Source: Bacteroidota bacterium (GTDB taxonomy: Bacteria > Bacteroidota > Bacteroidia > Bacteroidales > FEN-979). Taken from it: a DNA stretch of 58,086 bases. The notes beneath the pieces are model-generated. The model was not told the DNA's origin. It did no database searches and saw only the letters and a program-made list of their open reading frames with translations. Numbering within the stretch: position 1 is the stretch's first letter; each line of letters begins with the position of its first letter. Both the position numbers and the translations under genes were made by a program. Positions 32,511 to 41,715 of this stretch are shown here, piece by piece. Location: positions 1 through 58,086 of the forward strand of contig JBAXBP010000002.1 of assembly GCA_037141915.1 (NCBI GenBank). The letters are read 5' to 3'.

Positions 32511-33812
32511 CTACAACCCGGCCACCAGCTGTTTCAGCCTGGTTTCGGCAACCTTCATGTTGTACTCGAAATTATAGAAGCGGGCGAGGGAGTTTGCATA
32601 ACTCTCCTGGGCCTGGCGGACTTCGAGAGCGGTGGTCTGCCCAAGCCTGAGCCTTTCCATGGAGATCCTGAGGTTTTCTTTTGCAAGGGTCAGGTTGTCC
32701 CTTTCAATGGTTAGCAGTTGTTTCTGATCATCATAATCGGTAAGAGCCGATTTCAATTCAGTGTTGACCTGGAGTTTTACATTCTCAACGGTGTATTTTG
32801 CACTTTGGAGCTGAATTTTTGCAGCCTTCACCTGCCTCAGGGCATTGCCTGCCTGGTATATGGGAATGTTCAGCACACCTCCCAACAGGGGGCCGTATGT
32901 ACGGCTTGTAATCACATTGGAAGCGGAATTATCGTTCTGGTTATAATTGAACGAAGCCACCATGCTCAGCTTCGGAAGCCTGTAGGTTTTATATTCGTTC
33001 AGGCTCAGCAGCGCAATATCTGCCTGTTTCTGGTAATTCAATACCGAAGTGTTGTTCGAATAAAGTTTGTTCATAAGGTCGACAGGGTCGGGTAAATAGT
33101 TCAGGGGAATGGTATCGGCCACTTCGAACTGGGTATCCGGATCACGCGACAGGGACTGGTTAAGCGCACGCTTTGTATTCCTGATAAAATTGATCTGGCT
33201 GATCTCGGCTTCCTTGTTGACGTTAAGGTCGATCTTCGCCTGCAGCAGGTCGTTCTTATGCGCAATCCCTGCCTCATAGCCTTTCTGGAGTATCCTCACC
33301 CTCTCGAGGCTGTATGCCATGACATCGCGGATCGCAAGGAGCTGCTGTTTGGTCTGAACAACCTGGTAGAATGCTACGATGACAGTATATACGGTATTCA
33401 TCACCTGGTCCCTGAACTGTATTTCGCCAAGTTTCTGAACCTGGTTCAGTTTGTTCTTTGTAATGAACATTTTAGTCCCGTCAAACAAAGTCCAGTTCAA
33501 CGCCAGGCCGGCGGTGAATGCATTGGAGGACCCTGCGGCAGCAGTGATCGTGCTTCCGCTGGAAAGGTTCATATATACATTGTTCACCGAGTAATTATCC
33601 GTGCCGAGAATCCCGATGTTAGGCAGCATACCGGCATTTCCGGCGGTATTGTTGACCTTAGCTACATCAGCGTTATTCCTGGCAACGAATACGTCGTAGT
33701 TGTTCTTCAGGGCGATATCAACCGCCTGGTCCACTGTCATTATGTTCTGGCCGAACCCGGGAGTAAAACAAAGGAAGGCTGCAAATAACAGCGCGATTAT
33801 CTTATTCTGCAT
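32511..33812 (-). CDS. TolC family outer-membrane efflux protein
   Basis: Signal peptide and two repeated coiled-coil/beta halves. It is the last gene of the RND operon, with an 11-nt overlap to the pump gene. Confidence 0.88.
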   Translation of the reverse strand: MQNKIIALLFAAFLCFTPGFGQNIMTVDQAVDIALKNNYDVFVARNNADVAKVNNTAGNAGMLPNIGILGTDNYSVNNVYMNLSSGSTITAAAGSSNAFTAGLALNWTLFDGTKMFITKNKLNQVQKLGEIQFRDQVMNTVYTVIVAFYQVVQTKQQLLAIRDVMAYSLERVRILQKGYEAGIAHKNDLLQAKIDLNVNKEAEISQINFIRNTKRALNQSLSRDPDTQFEVADTIPLNYLPDPVDLMNKLYSNNTSVLNYQKQADIALLSLNEYKTYRLPKLSMVASFNYNQNDNSASNVITSRTYGPLLGGVLNIPIYQAGNALRQVKAAKIQLQSAKYTVENVKLQVNTELKSALTDYDDQKQLLTIERDNLTLAKENLRISMERLRLGQTTALEVRQAQESYANSLARFYNFEYNMKVAETRLKQLVAGL

Positions 33813-36800
33813 AGCCTTCGGAATAATCAGGTGTTTGTGTTTTTTTACCAGACATCATTACGTACATGGCAGGGATAACAAAAAGTGTCAGGATGAGTGA
33901 AAACAGCAGTCCTCCTACAACGACGATCCCCAGAGGGGTGCGGCTCTGAGCACCTGCTCCAAGGGCCAGTGCTATCGGCATGGCTCCGAAGATGGTCGCC
34001 AGGGAAGTCATCAGGATTGGGCGCAGTCGGGCAGCTGCGGCCTCGAATGCTGCTTCGCTTTTCGACAATCCCAGTTTCCTCTTCTGGTTGGCAAACTCGA
34101 CAATCAGGATCCCGTTCTTGGTCACAAGCCCCACAAGCATGATCATACCGATCTCGGAGAAAATATTCAATGTGCTCCCGAAAATGAAGAGGGAAAGCAA
34201 TGCCCCTGTAACTGCCAGGGGGACAGTGGTCATGATGATTAATGGGTCGATGAAACTTTCAAACTGTGCCGAAAGGATAAGGTAGATCAGAACAAGGGCC
34301 AGCACGAAAGCAAATGAAGTGTTTGAACTGCTCTCGGCAAAGTCGCGTGAAGGTCCAAGGAGATCGGTCTGAAAAGTATCATCGAGGGTTTCCTTGGCGA
34401 TCTTTCTCATAGCGGTTATACCTTCGCCCAATGTCTTGCCCTGTGCCAGGGATGCTGAAATAGTGGCCGATTTATACCTGTTGTAATGGTAAAGGGTTGG
34501 CGGCTCGCTGCTTTCCTGCATTTTTACCAGGTTATCCAGCTGAATCAGCTGCCCGCTGTTGCTTCTGACATACATCGATGCTATATCTGCCGGCTTATTC
34601 CTGTTCTCACGGTCAAACTGCCCTATCACAAAGTATTGCTTCTCATTCCTCAGGAAATACCCGTATCGTTTCCCGCTAAGTGCAAACTGAAGCGTGTTTG
34701 AAATATCGATGGTATTGATCCCCAGGTCGGTTGTTTTCATCCTGTCAACAATAATGTTGATCTCGGGCTTATTGAATTTAAGGTTTACATCCACATTTCC
34801 GAAAGTCGGGTCCTTGCGGGCCAGGTCCAGGAACTTGGGTACTGCTTCCCTTAACTTGTCGAAATCAAGGTTCTGTAAAACAAACTGTACAGGAAGCTGT
34901 GAGCCTGCGGCAAGGGAAGTCGAGATGGTCTGTTCCTGTATCGGTATGATCCTTGCTTCGGGGAATTTCTTGTAAATTTTCACGAGCCTGTCATAAACCT
35001 GCTGCTGCGTGGTTTTCCGCTCATTGGGTTCTACAAGAAAGATGTTGACGCCCCCGGTATTGGTCGAAGTGTTGCCGAAACCTGAACCTGTTCTTGCAAA
35101 GATCAGCCTTGCTTCGGGGACCTTGACGCGCAAAGTGTCGGAAATCCTGCTGACCAGCCTTTCCATATAATCGAAATCGGTGCCTTCAGGTGCGGTGATG
35201 GTTGTCCTGAGAATGCTGTGATCTTCCAGCGGCGCAAGTTCCGATTTGATTGACTTAAACAGTACAACAACCAGTACAAGGCAAATCCCCAGGACAACGA
35301 GGCTTATCCATTTCTTTTCCATAAACCGGCCCAGCAAGGCACGGTAACCGTTGTCAAGCCATACAAAAAAAGGCTCGGTCTTACGGTAAAACTTCAGGGA
35401 TTTAATATCTGCCGTACCCATTTTCACATTAAGCACGGGTGTAAGTGTAAGGGATACAAAAGCGGATATGAGCACTGAGCCTGCAAGTACAATCCCAAAC
35501 TCCCTGAAAAGTCTTCCCGTAAACCCTGACAGGAAAATAACAGGAATGAAAACTATAGCCAGTGTAACGGATGTGGCGATGACAACGAACAGTATCTCCC
35601 GGGTCCCTGCAAATGCCGCCTTGTACTTGTCCATCCCGTGTTCTATCTTTTTGTAGATGTTCTCGGTAACCACGATCCCATCGTCGACTACAAGCCCCGT
35701 TGCGAGAACGATTGCAAGAAGGGTAAGAACGTTGACTGAGAACCCGAAAATATACATCAGGAAAAAAGATCCGATAAGGGAGACAGGGATATCGATCAGG
35801 GGCCTCAAGGCAATTACCGTATTGCGGAAAAAAAGAAAGACTATAATCACAACCAGCGTTATCGCTATCAGGATAGTTTCAGCCACGTCAGTAACCGACT
35901 GTCTCATGAATTTGCTTTTGTCGTAACCTATATCAAGCTGCATCCCGGCCGGCAGGTTTTTCTTGATCTCTTTGAACCGTTTAAAAAACTCATCGGCAAT
36001 CGCGATCTGGTTTGATCCCGGCAAGGGGATAAGAGCCAGGGAGATGCCTGTGGCTCCATTCAGTTTGACCCCGGTTTCATCAACTTCGGCGCCCAGCACA
36101 GCTTCCCCGATGTCATTAAGGCGTATCACCTGGTCATTCGTCTGCCTGATGATCATATTATTGAAATCATCCTCAGTGGTCAACCTGCCATAGGTCTTCA
36201 CTATAAGTTCGGTGGCACCGCCCCTGACCTTGCCACCCGGAAGGTCCACATTTTCCTTCATCAGGGCCGTATTTACGTCTTCGGCGGTCAGGTTGTAAGC
36301 TGCCATTTTCCTTGGATCAAGCCACAGGCGCATGGCCGGCCGTTTCTGCCCGTAAAGCATGACAGAACTGACGCCGGGTATGGTCTGAAGCTTTTCCTGC
36401 AGCACATTCTCGGCATAATCACTTAGCTCCATCGGATTCATGGTAGTACTCTGCACAGCGACGGTAATGATGGGATCACTGTTGGCATCGGCCTTCGACA
36501 CTACCGGGGGCGCATCCAGGTCCTGGGGCAGGTTCCTGGCACTCTGGCTTACCTTGTCCCTGACGTCATTGGCAGCCTTTTCAAGGTCGGCTCCTACATT
36601 GAATTCCACCGTGATATTACTCGATCCTGTGGAAGAAGAAGAAGAAATGGAACGCACGCCTTCGATGCCGTTGATGGACTTTTCAAGAGGCTCGGTCACC
36701 TGCGATTCAATGATATCGGCATTAGCTCCTGCATAGGAAGTCTGGACGTTGATGGTAGGCGGGTCAATTGCAGGGTAAAGCCTCACACCAAGGAATGAAA

Positions 36801-36885
36801 AGCCCACGAAACCAAACAGCACAATGACGAGACTCATCACAATGCTGGCAACAGGCCGCTTTATCGCGAAATCGGAAATTGTCAT
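33802..36885 (-). CDS. RND efflux transporter permease (AcrB/HAE1 type)
   Basis: 1027 aa, N-terminal FAIKRPVASIVMSL, 12-TM layout with two large periplasmic loops. Confidence 0.92.
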   Translation of the reverse strand: MTISDFAIKRPVASIVMSLVIVLFGFVGFSFLGVRLYPAIDPPTINVQTSYAGANADIIESQVTEPLEKSINGIEGVRSISSSSSTGSSNITVEFNVGADLEKAANDVRDKVSQSARNLPQDLDAPPVVSKADANSDPIITVAVQSTTMNPMELSDYAENVLQEKLQTIPGVSSVMLYGQKRPAMRLWLDPRKMAAYNLTAEDVNTALMKENVDLPGGKVRGGATELIVKTYGRLTTEDDFNNMIIRQTNDQVIRLNDIGEAVLGAEVDETGVKLNGATGISLALIPLPGSNQIAIADEFFKRFKEIKKNLPAGMQLDIGYDKSKFMRQSVTDVAETILIAITLVVIIVFLFFRNTVIALRPLIDIPVSLIGSFFLMYIFGFSVNVLTLLAIVLATGLVVDDGIVVTENIYKKIEHGMDKYKAAFAGTREILFVVIATSVTLAIVFIPVIFLSGFTGRLFREFGIVLAGSVLISAFVSLTLTPVLNVKMGTADIKSLKFYRKTEPFFVWLDNGYRALLGRFMEKKWISLVVLGICLVLVVVLFKSIKSELAPLEDHSILRTTITAPEGTDFDYMERLVSRISDTLRVKVPEARLIFARTGSGFGNTSTNTGGVNIFLVEPNERKTTQQQVYDRLVKIYKKFPEARIIPIQEQTISTSLAAGSQLPVQFVLQNLDFDKLREAVPKFLDLARKDPTFGNVDVNLKFNKPEINIIVDRMKTTDLGINTIDISNTLQFALSGKRYGYFLRNEKQYFVIGQFDRENRNKPADIASMYVRSNSGQLIQLDNLVKMQESSEPPTLYHYNRYKSATISASLAQGKTLGEGITAMRKIAKETLDDTFQTDLLGPSRDFAESSSNTSFAFVLALVLIYLILSAQFESFIDPLIIMTTVPLAVTGALLSLFIFGSTLNIFSEIGMIMLVGLVTKNGILIVEFANQKRKLGLSKSEAAFEAAAARLRPILMTSLATIFGAMPIALALGAGAQSRTPLGIVVVGGLLFSLILTLFVIPAMYVMMSGKKTQTPDYSEGYAE

Positions 36886-36890
36886 ATGGC

Positions 36891-37934
36891 CTATTTTACT
36901 TTGGCGAATTCAAGTTTCATATCCGGCTTGATAAACAGCACTCCGGTTGTAACCACGGTATCCCCGGCATTAAGGCCTGTAAGCACTTCAAGGCTTCCCG
37001 ACTGCCGCACGCCGGTCTGAATGGGTACAAACACTGCTTTACCTTCCCTGGAGACTATTACTGTCTTTTTTCTTTCACTCATAATTATACACTGAGTGGG
37101 GATCATCAGTGCATTGCGGTTTTCGTTAAGTCTCAGCTGGACGTTGGCATAAGCGCCCGGCGTAAGGGCCGGGGCATGCGCTGTGACTACAGCCCTTGCC
37201 TTGAGGTTCCGGGTGTTCTGATCAATTCCTTCCTCAGTGGCCATTACCTCCGCATTATATTTATTGGTATCGCCCTCTACTGAAAATTTGACCTTTGTGC
37301 CCTTATGGATTAACTGGCTGTATTTGCCAGGTACAGCAAAATCAAGTTTCATCTTATCCGATTCCCTGATCGTGGCGAGGGGTGTCGAAAGAGTCACCTG
37401 GGCGCCAAGACTGATGTTTCGCAGGCCAATGACCCCGTCGTATGGCGCAAGGACTTCTGTCTTGCTGATATCGGCTTTCAACAGGTCGATGTCGTTCTTT
37501 GCGGAACTTACGATCAGCGCCTGCTGGTCATATTCTACATGGCTGATCCCATCAGCCTTTAACAGTTCGGCCTGCCTGTCGAGGATCTCTTTCCCAATAG
37601 TATACTGGTTCTGTGCTTTTGCCAGCTGGGCCTGAAGGTCGAGGTCGAAGATCTTTACCAGGAGAGTTCCTTTTTTTACAAATTCCCCTTCGGGCAGGTT
37701 CAGCATCACCACCCTTCCGGCAGCTTCAGGCATCAGCACTGTTTCTTCAAACGGCTTCAGGGTACCAGAGATCCCTATGGTCTCGTCTACTACCGCCGGA
37801 CGCAAAACGTAACCCTCAATAAAAGATATGGACGGCGCCTCTTTCCCGGCATTCTTTTTCTTTGCACCTGTACACGACCCTCCTATCAGCAGGATAGCCG
37901 CAAGGATCAAATTAAAATATACATTATTTTTCAT
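36891..37934 (-). CDS. RND efflux periplasmic adaptor (membrane fusion protein)
   Basis: Lipobox LIGGSC and lipoyl/beta-barrel MFP pattern. It sits directly upstream of the pump. Start set at MKNNVYF. Confidence 0.88.
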   Translation of the reverse strand: MKNNVYFNLILAAILLIGGSCTGAKKKNAGKEAPSISFIEGYVLRPAVVDETIGISGTLKPFEETVLMPEAAGRVVMLNLPEGEFVKKGTLLVKIFDLDLQAQLAKAQNQYTIGKEILDRQAELLKADGISHVEYDQQALIVSSAKNDIDLLKADISKTEVLAPYDGVIGLRNISLGAQVTLSTPLATIRESDKMKLDFAVPGKYSQLIHKGTKVKFSVEGDTNKYNAEVMATEEGIDQNTRNLKARAVVTAHAPALTPGAYANVQLRLNENRNALMIPTQCIIMSERKKTVIVSREGKAVFVPIQTGVRQSGSLEVLTGLNAGDTVVTTGVLFIKPDMKLEFAKVK

Positions 37935-38008
37935 ATGTCTCATGAGGGCCATGCCCCTGGCCTTGATTTTTTGTTACTGCCGTGAAGGGGATTCCCGGCC
38001 CTGGAACA

Positions 38009-38016
38009 CAAAATTA
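38009..38016 (-). promoter_or_regulatory. -7 box TAATTTTG for the RND operon
   Basis: Plus strand reads CAAAATTA, 75 nt upstream of ATG 37934. Confidence 0.4.
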
Positions 38017-38138
38017 GAAAATATACAATTCTGTGCTTCGGAAATCCTCCAAACTCCCTTATTTCACCTATAAATCACCCGCTTTTACCGATCATAAACA
38101 AGGCATCAATCAATAGTATCAACCCCGTCAATACCCGG

Positions 38139-38738
38139 TTAAGAAAATACCAGGTTCAGGGGGATCATCTCCTGCTCTTCAGGGGTGCGCATGGCATTGA
38201 TCAGCTTGCAGCCCCGGAAGTGAGGCAGATCGGCTGTCCAGATATCCCGCGTCAGCAATTTGCCTTCAGCGATCAGCCTTGCACGGCAGGTCCCCTCAAG
38301 CAGGGGATGCATGGGAGTGAACCACTCCCGGTCATCAAAAAACATAAGGTTTGCGATACTGGAATCAGTGATCAGCCCTCCTTTAACAATTATGATATCA
38401 TCGCATTCACCCCTCTTTTCAAACAATGCTTCAAGTTCAGCCCTGTCATAAAATTTCAGATGGTAATCAATAGAATCACATAACACCATCCTGAGGCTCC
38501 TGACAGGCCGCCTTATATATTTGCTGAAGCTTACCCCGGTGATCTCTTTCTCATACACTACCTTGCACCTCACCGAACCCGTTCTGAATTCAGCCGGGAC
38601 ACGGATCTCCCGTTCAAGATCAATGTTCTGCAATGCAGGCATGCTCCGTTTCATCCTTTCTTCATGCCAGCACAAATGCAACGGCTTCCCGTTTTCTATC
38701 CGTATGGTTTCAAACAAACGGCACATAGACCTTATCAT
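38139..38738 (-). CDS. pabC: Class IV aminotransferase fold protein, probable aminodeoxychorismate lyase
   Basis: FETIRIENGKPLHLCWHEERM N-terminus typical of ADC lyase-like proteins. It overlaps the end of pabB. Start is 38738 or 38726. Confidence 0.65.
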   Translation of the reverse strand: MIRSMCRLFETIRIENGKPLHLCWHEERMKRSMPALQNIDLEREIRVPAEFRTGSVRCKVVYEKEITGVSFSKYIRRPVRSLRMVLCDSIDYHLKFYDRAELEALFEKRGECDDIIIVKGGLITDSSIANLMFFDDREWFTPMHPLLEGTCRARLIAEGKLLTRDIWTADLPHFRGCKLINAMRTPEEQEMIPLNLVFS

Positions 38739-39681
38739 TGAGTTCCTTATACTCGCTTTCGCAATCACTCAGGGCAGTGATACCTCCCCCGCTTCTGAAT
38801 CGCAGCATGCCATCCTCATTCTCAATAAATCTTATCATCACTGCGGATGTGAGAGCCCTTCCGCTGAAATACCCGAAAACACCGGTGTAGAAACCACGCC
38901 TGTCATTCTCCGCTTCGTGTATGACCTCCACGGTTTTCTCCTTGGGGGCGCCGCTCACGGAACCTGCAGGAAGCAGCTTGAACAAGTCCTCACCGAGATG
39001 TCTCCAGTGGCCTTTTGGCAGCCTTCCGCTGATCTCGGAACTCATCTGCAGCAGGTCACTGCGGTTGGTGTTGATCCTTTCAATGTACCTGAAACGATCA
39101 ACTTTCACCGAAGCCGAGACCATCGCCAGGTCGTTCCTGATCAGGTCAACAATGGTGTTGTGCTCGTAATATTCTTTCCTGTCGTTCAGTAGCATGTTTT
39201 CGGCATCGGGGACTGAAGCGTCAATGGTGCCTTTCATGGGGTTTGAACGAATAATGCCGTCCTCTATCCGTATAAAAGGTTCAGGCGAAAATACTGTAAA
39301 ATGGTCAGCGAAAAGGAGTTTATAGGGCGCCCTGCTGATATTGAAAAGGTCCTGCAGGTTCAACGAGGTCTCAAGTTCTGTTGGAAAGGTCAGGTTTACA
39401 AGGTAGGTGTCGCCCCTTTTCAGGTGCCAGCTCACTTTTTCGAATGCCAGCCTGTAACTATCGTAATCAGGAGGTTTAGGGATAAAACTGAACGCCCTTG
39501 CAGGTATTGGTCCCGGCACTGTATTCCCTGCTTCTCCCATCCCGAAAAAAACGCCGTTCTCCCCGGCCTCGGGAATAGTCAGAACAGCTGTATTCAGGCC
39601 TTCAAAATCAGTTACGAAAAGAAATGGGATGCCCTTAACGGCATATTCGTTAATTTTACTGCATGCATCATCCCTTTTCAT
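38710..39681 (-). CDS. pabB: Aminodeoxychorismate synthase component I (short, chorismate-binding domain only)
   Basis: PFIRIEDG, NPMKGT, DRKEYYEHNTIVDLIRND, PAGSVSGAPK and RGFYTGVFGYF motifs. The track ORF has a 74-aa upstream extension antisense to pabA. Start set at MKRDDACSKINEY. Confidence 0.8.
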   Translation of the reverse strand: MKRDDACSKINEYAVKGIPFLFVTDFEGLNTAVLTIPEAGENGVFFGMGEAGNTVPGPIPARAFSFIPKPPDYDSYRLAFEKVSWHLKRGDTYLVNLTFPTELETSLNLQDLFNISRAPYKLLFADHFTVFSPEPFIRIEDGIIRSNPMKGTIDASVPDAENMLLNDRKEYYEHNTIVDLIRNDLAMVSASVKVDRFRYIERINTNRSDLLQMSSEISGRLPKGHWRHLGEDLFKLLPAGSVSGAPKEKTVEVIHEAENDRRGFYTGVFGYFSGRALTSAVMIRFIENEDGMLRFRSGGGITALSDCESEYKELNDKVYVPFV

Positions 39682-40249
39682 GAAGATACTGCTGCTCGAT
39701 AACCACGATTCTTTCACTTTCAACCTGGTTGAACTTCTGCGTAATAACGGCAAAGTTAGCTTTAATGTGGTTAAATCCGATGAAGCGGATATCCCCTCGG
39801 TAATGCAGTATGATAAAATCATCTTTTCACCAGGGCCGGGTCTTCCCGAGGAGCAGCCTGCAATGTTCAGCATTTTAAAGGAATACACAGGTATTAAACC
39901 CATACTCGGGATCTGCCTTGGGCTTCAGGCTATCGCACTCTTTTACGGAGGTGAGCTTTTCAACCTGTCGAAAGTGGTGCATGGGCAACCGAGAGAGGTT
40001 AAGATCATTAGCCCTGTACACTATATTTTCAAGGGCATCGCGCCGGGATTCAAAGCGGGGCTATACCATTCATGGGCGGTTTCGGAAGATTCACTCCCCT
40101 CCTGCCTTGAGGTCACTGCACGTTCAGGCGAAGGGATCATCATGGGGCTTGCTCATAAGGATCTTGATGTATGCGGATTGCAATTCCACCCCGAGTCGGT
40201 CATCACTGATCACGGACAGGGAATGATGGATAACTGGATCGCCCGGTGA
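39680..40249 (+). CDS. pabA: Aminodeoxychorismate/anthranilate synthase component II (glutamine amidotransferase)
   Basis: MKILLLDNHDSFTFNLVELL, the catalytic GICLGLQA, and LQFHPES. Confidence 0.88.
   Translation: MKILLLDNHDSFTFNLVELLRNNGKVSFNVVKSDEADIPSVMQYDKIIFSPGPGLPEEQPAMFSILKEYTGIKPILGICLGLQAIALFYGGELFNLSKVVHGQPREVKIISPVHYIFKGIAPGFKAGLYHSWAVSEDSLPSCLEVTARSGEGIIMGLAHKDLDVCGLQFHPESVITDHGQGMMDNWIAR
39751..39758 (-). promoter_or_regulatory. -7 box TAACTTTG for pabB-pabC, located inside the pabA coding sequence
   Basis: Plus strand reads CAAAGTTA, 70 nt upstream of the pabB ATG. A near-consensus TAATTTTA for pabA lies at 39651-39658, inside pabB. Confidence 0.4.
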
Positions 40250-40256
40250 ACAGGGC

Positions 40257-40967
40257 TTACGTCTGCATCGGCACCTCGATCAGGAGGATGTCTGAAGCAG
40301 TTTCCGCCTTTACATTCACCCTCAATGTGTCTGAAACGCCAAGCCCGTCGCGGGTTTCAAGCTTCGTACCGTCAACATCCGCAGTCCCGTTGATCATCAT
40401 GATATAAACTCCATGCGAGGGATCATGAAGCTCATAATCCGCTGCTTTACCTTTGTCAAGCAAGATCCTTGAGAACCAGGCCTGCTGGTTCAGCATCAGC
40501 GCTCCTTCTTCATCAGGAGCTACCAGTATTTGCCAGCGGTTCAACCTGAGGGCGGGATCGAATTCTTTCTGGTCATACCTCGGCGTAATGTTCTTCTTTG
40601 AAGGGAAGATCCAGACCTGGAAAAGGTTCACAGTGGCTTCGGGATCGGCATTATATTCGGAATGAAAGATGCCTGTTCCTGCACTCATCACCTGGACTTC
40701 GTTCGGCCCGATCTGCTGTGTATGCCCCATGCTGTCCTTATGCTCCAGCGTTCCTTCCAGGACGATGGTGGTGATCTCCATATTGTCGTGGGGGTGACGG
40801 CCGAAACCTTCTCCTCCCGCAATATAATCGTCGTTAAACACTCTCAGCGAACCGAAATGTATCCTTGAAGGGTCATAATAACTGGCAAAGCTGAAAGTGT
40901 GCCAGGTGTCGAGCCAGCCGTGGTCTGCATGACCACGACTGCTCCCCCTGAAAATTATGGATTTCAT
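40257..40967 (-). CDS. Pirin family protein
   Basis: GFGRHPHDNMEITTIVLEG cupin motif; 236 aa. Confidence 0.88.
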   Translation of the reverse strand: MKSIIFRGSSRGHADHGWLDTWHTFSFASYYDPSRIHFGSLRVFNDDYIAGGEGFGRHPHDNMEITTIVLEGTLEHKDSMGHTQQIGPNEVQVMSAGTGIFHSEYNADPEATVNLFQVWIFPSKKNITPRYDQKEFDPALRLNRWQILVAPDEEGALMLNQQAWFSRILLDKGKAADYELHDPSHGVYIMMINGTADVDGTKLETRDGLGVSDTLRVNVKAETASDILLIEVPMQT

Positions 40968-40979
40968 AAAATTCCTTTC

Positions 40980-41519
40980 TTACTGAACTTTTGCAAGTTC
41001 GATATTCAATGCAAGTTTCACTTCATCGGCAACTACCATTCCACCGGCTTCGGTGATGGCATTCCAATGCAGGTTAAAATCCTTGCGGTTAAGTTTCCCG
41101 TTAAGTTCAAACCCGGCTTTGATGTTGCCATAAGGATCCTTCATGATGCCGCCGAATTCGACTTTCATGTCGATGGGGCGGGAAGTGCCGCGGATGGTGA
41201 TATCGCCGCTCATCAGGAATTCATCTCCTGAAGTCTTTTTAAATGAGGTCGACTTAAAAGTAAGTTTGGGATGATTTGCTGCATCGAAGAAATCGACTGA
41301 TTTCAGGTGGCCGTCACGGTCGCCGACACCGGTGTTAATGCTGTCAACATCCGCTGAAAATTCAACCTCTGCATCGCTGAAATCATCGCCATTGGATAAA
41401 AGCATGCCTTCAAATTTTTCGAATTTGCCGGTCACCGTTGAAATCACAAGATGCTTTACTTTGAAATTGATCTCTGAATGATAAGGGTCAATTGCCCATT
41501 TTGTTTTTGCTGTTTCCAT
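40980..41519 (-). CDS. YceI family (polyisoprenoid-binding-like) protein
   Basis: WAIDPYHSEINFKVKHL..VTGKF motif. Start set at METAKTKW because a -7 box lies inside the longer track ORF. Confidence 0.82.
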   Translation of the reverse strand: METAKTKWAIDPYHSEINFKVKHLVISTVTGKFEKFEGMLLSNGDDFSDAEVEFSADVDSINTGVGDRDGHLKSVDFFDAANHPKLTFKSTSFKKTSGDEFLMSGDITIRGTSRPIDMKVEFGGIMKDPYGNIKAGFELNGKLNRKDFNLHWNAITEAGGMVVADEVKLALNIELAKVQ

Positions 41520-41597
41520 GATTGTTTTTTTAAGGAATTGCCGGCTTGTTTTGTTGCCGGGGTATCCGATGGTTTGTGTTTGTTTTGTTTGATGCAG

Positions 41598-41605
41598 CAA
41601 AATTA
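41598..41605 (-). promoter_or_regulatory. -7 box TAATTTTG upstream of the YceI gene
   Basis: Plus strand reads CAAAATTA, 79 nt upstream of ATG 41519. Confidence 0.4.
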
Positions 41606-41680
41606 CCACGGTCCCTGTTCACCGGAAATGTATAAATCATGGTTTCAATTGGAAAAATCATGGTTCCTCAGCCAACTGCC

Positions 41681-41715
41681 TGCCGGCTGCCCTTTGCTGA
41701 CTGCCGACTGCTGAC
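41681..41715. repeat. Heptamer tandem array (TGCNNNN)x5, last three TGCTGAC TGCCGAC TGCTGAC
   Basis: The array abuts and overlaps the TAG stop of the mevalonate kinase gene by one base (41715-41717, minus strand). Confidence 0.75.

Noticed and set aside
38521-39192. 223-aa plus-strand ORF.
   Set aside because: It lies entirely antisense to pabC/pabB, whose translations carry clear family motifs. The antisense product has no motifs and a skewed composition (rich in S, P, L, H). It is treated as a shadow ORF.
39682-39903. A 74-codon upstream extension of the pabB ORF in the track (MGLIPVYSFKML...).
   Set aside because: The extension is the antisense of the conserved pabA N-terminus and has no similarity to chorismate-utilising enzymes. 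The start was set at the Met preceding the IPFLFVTDFEG region.
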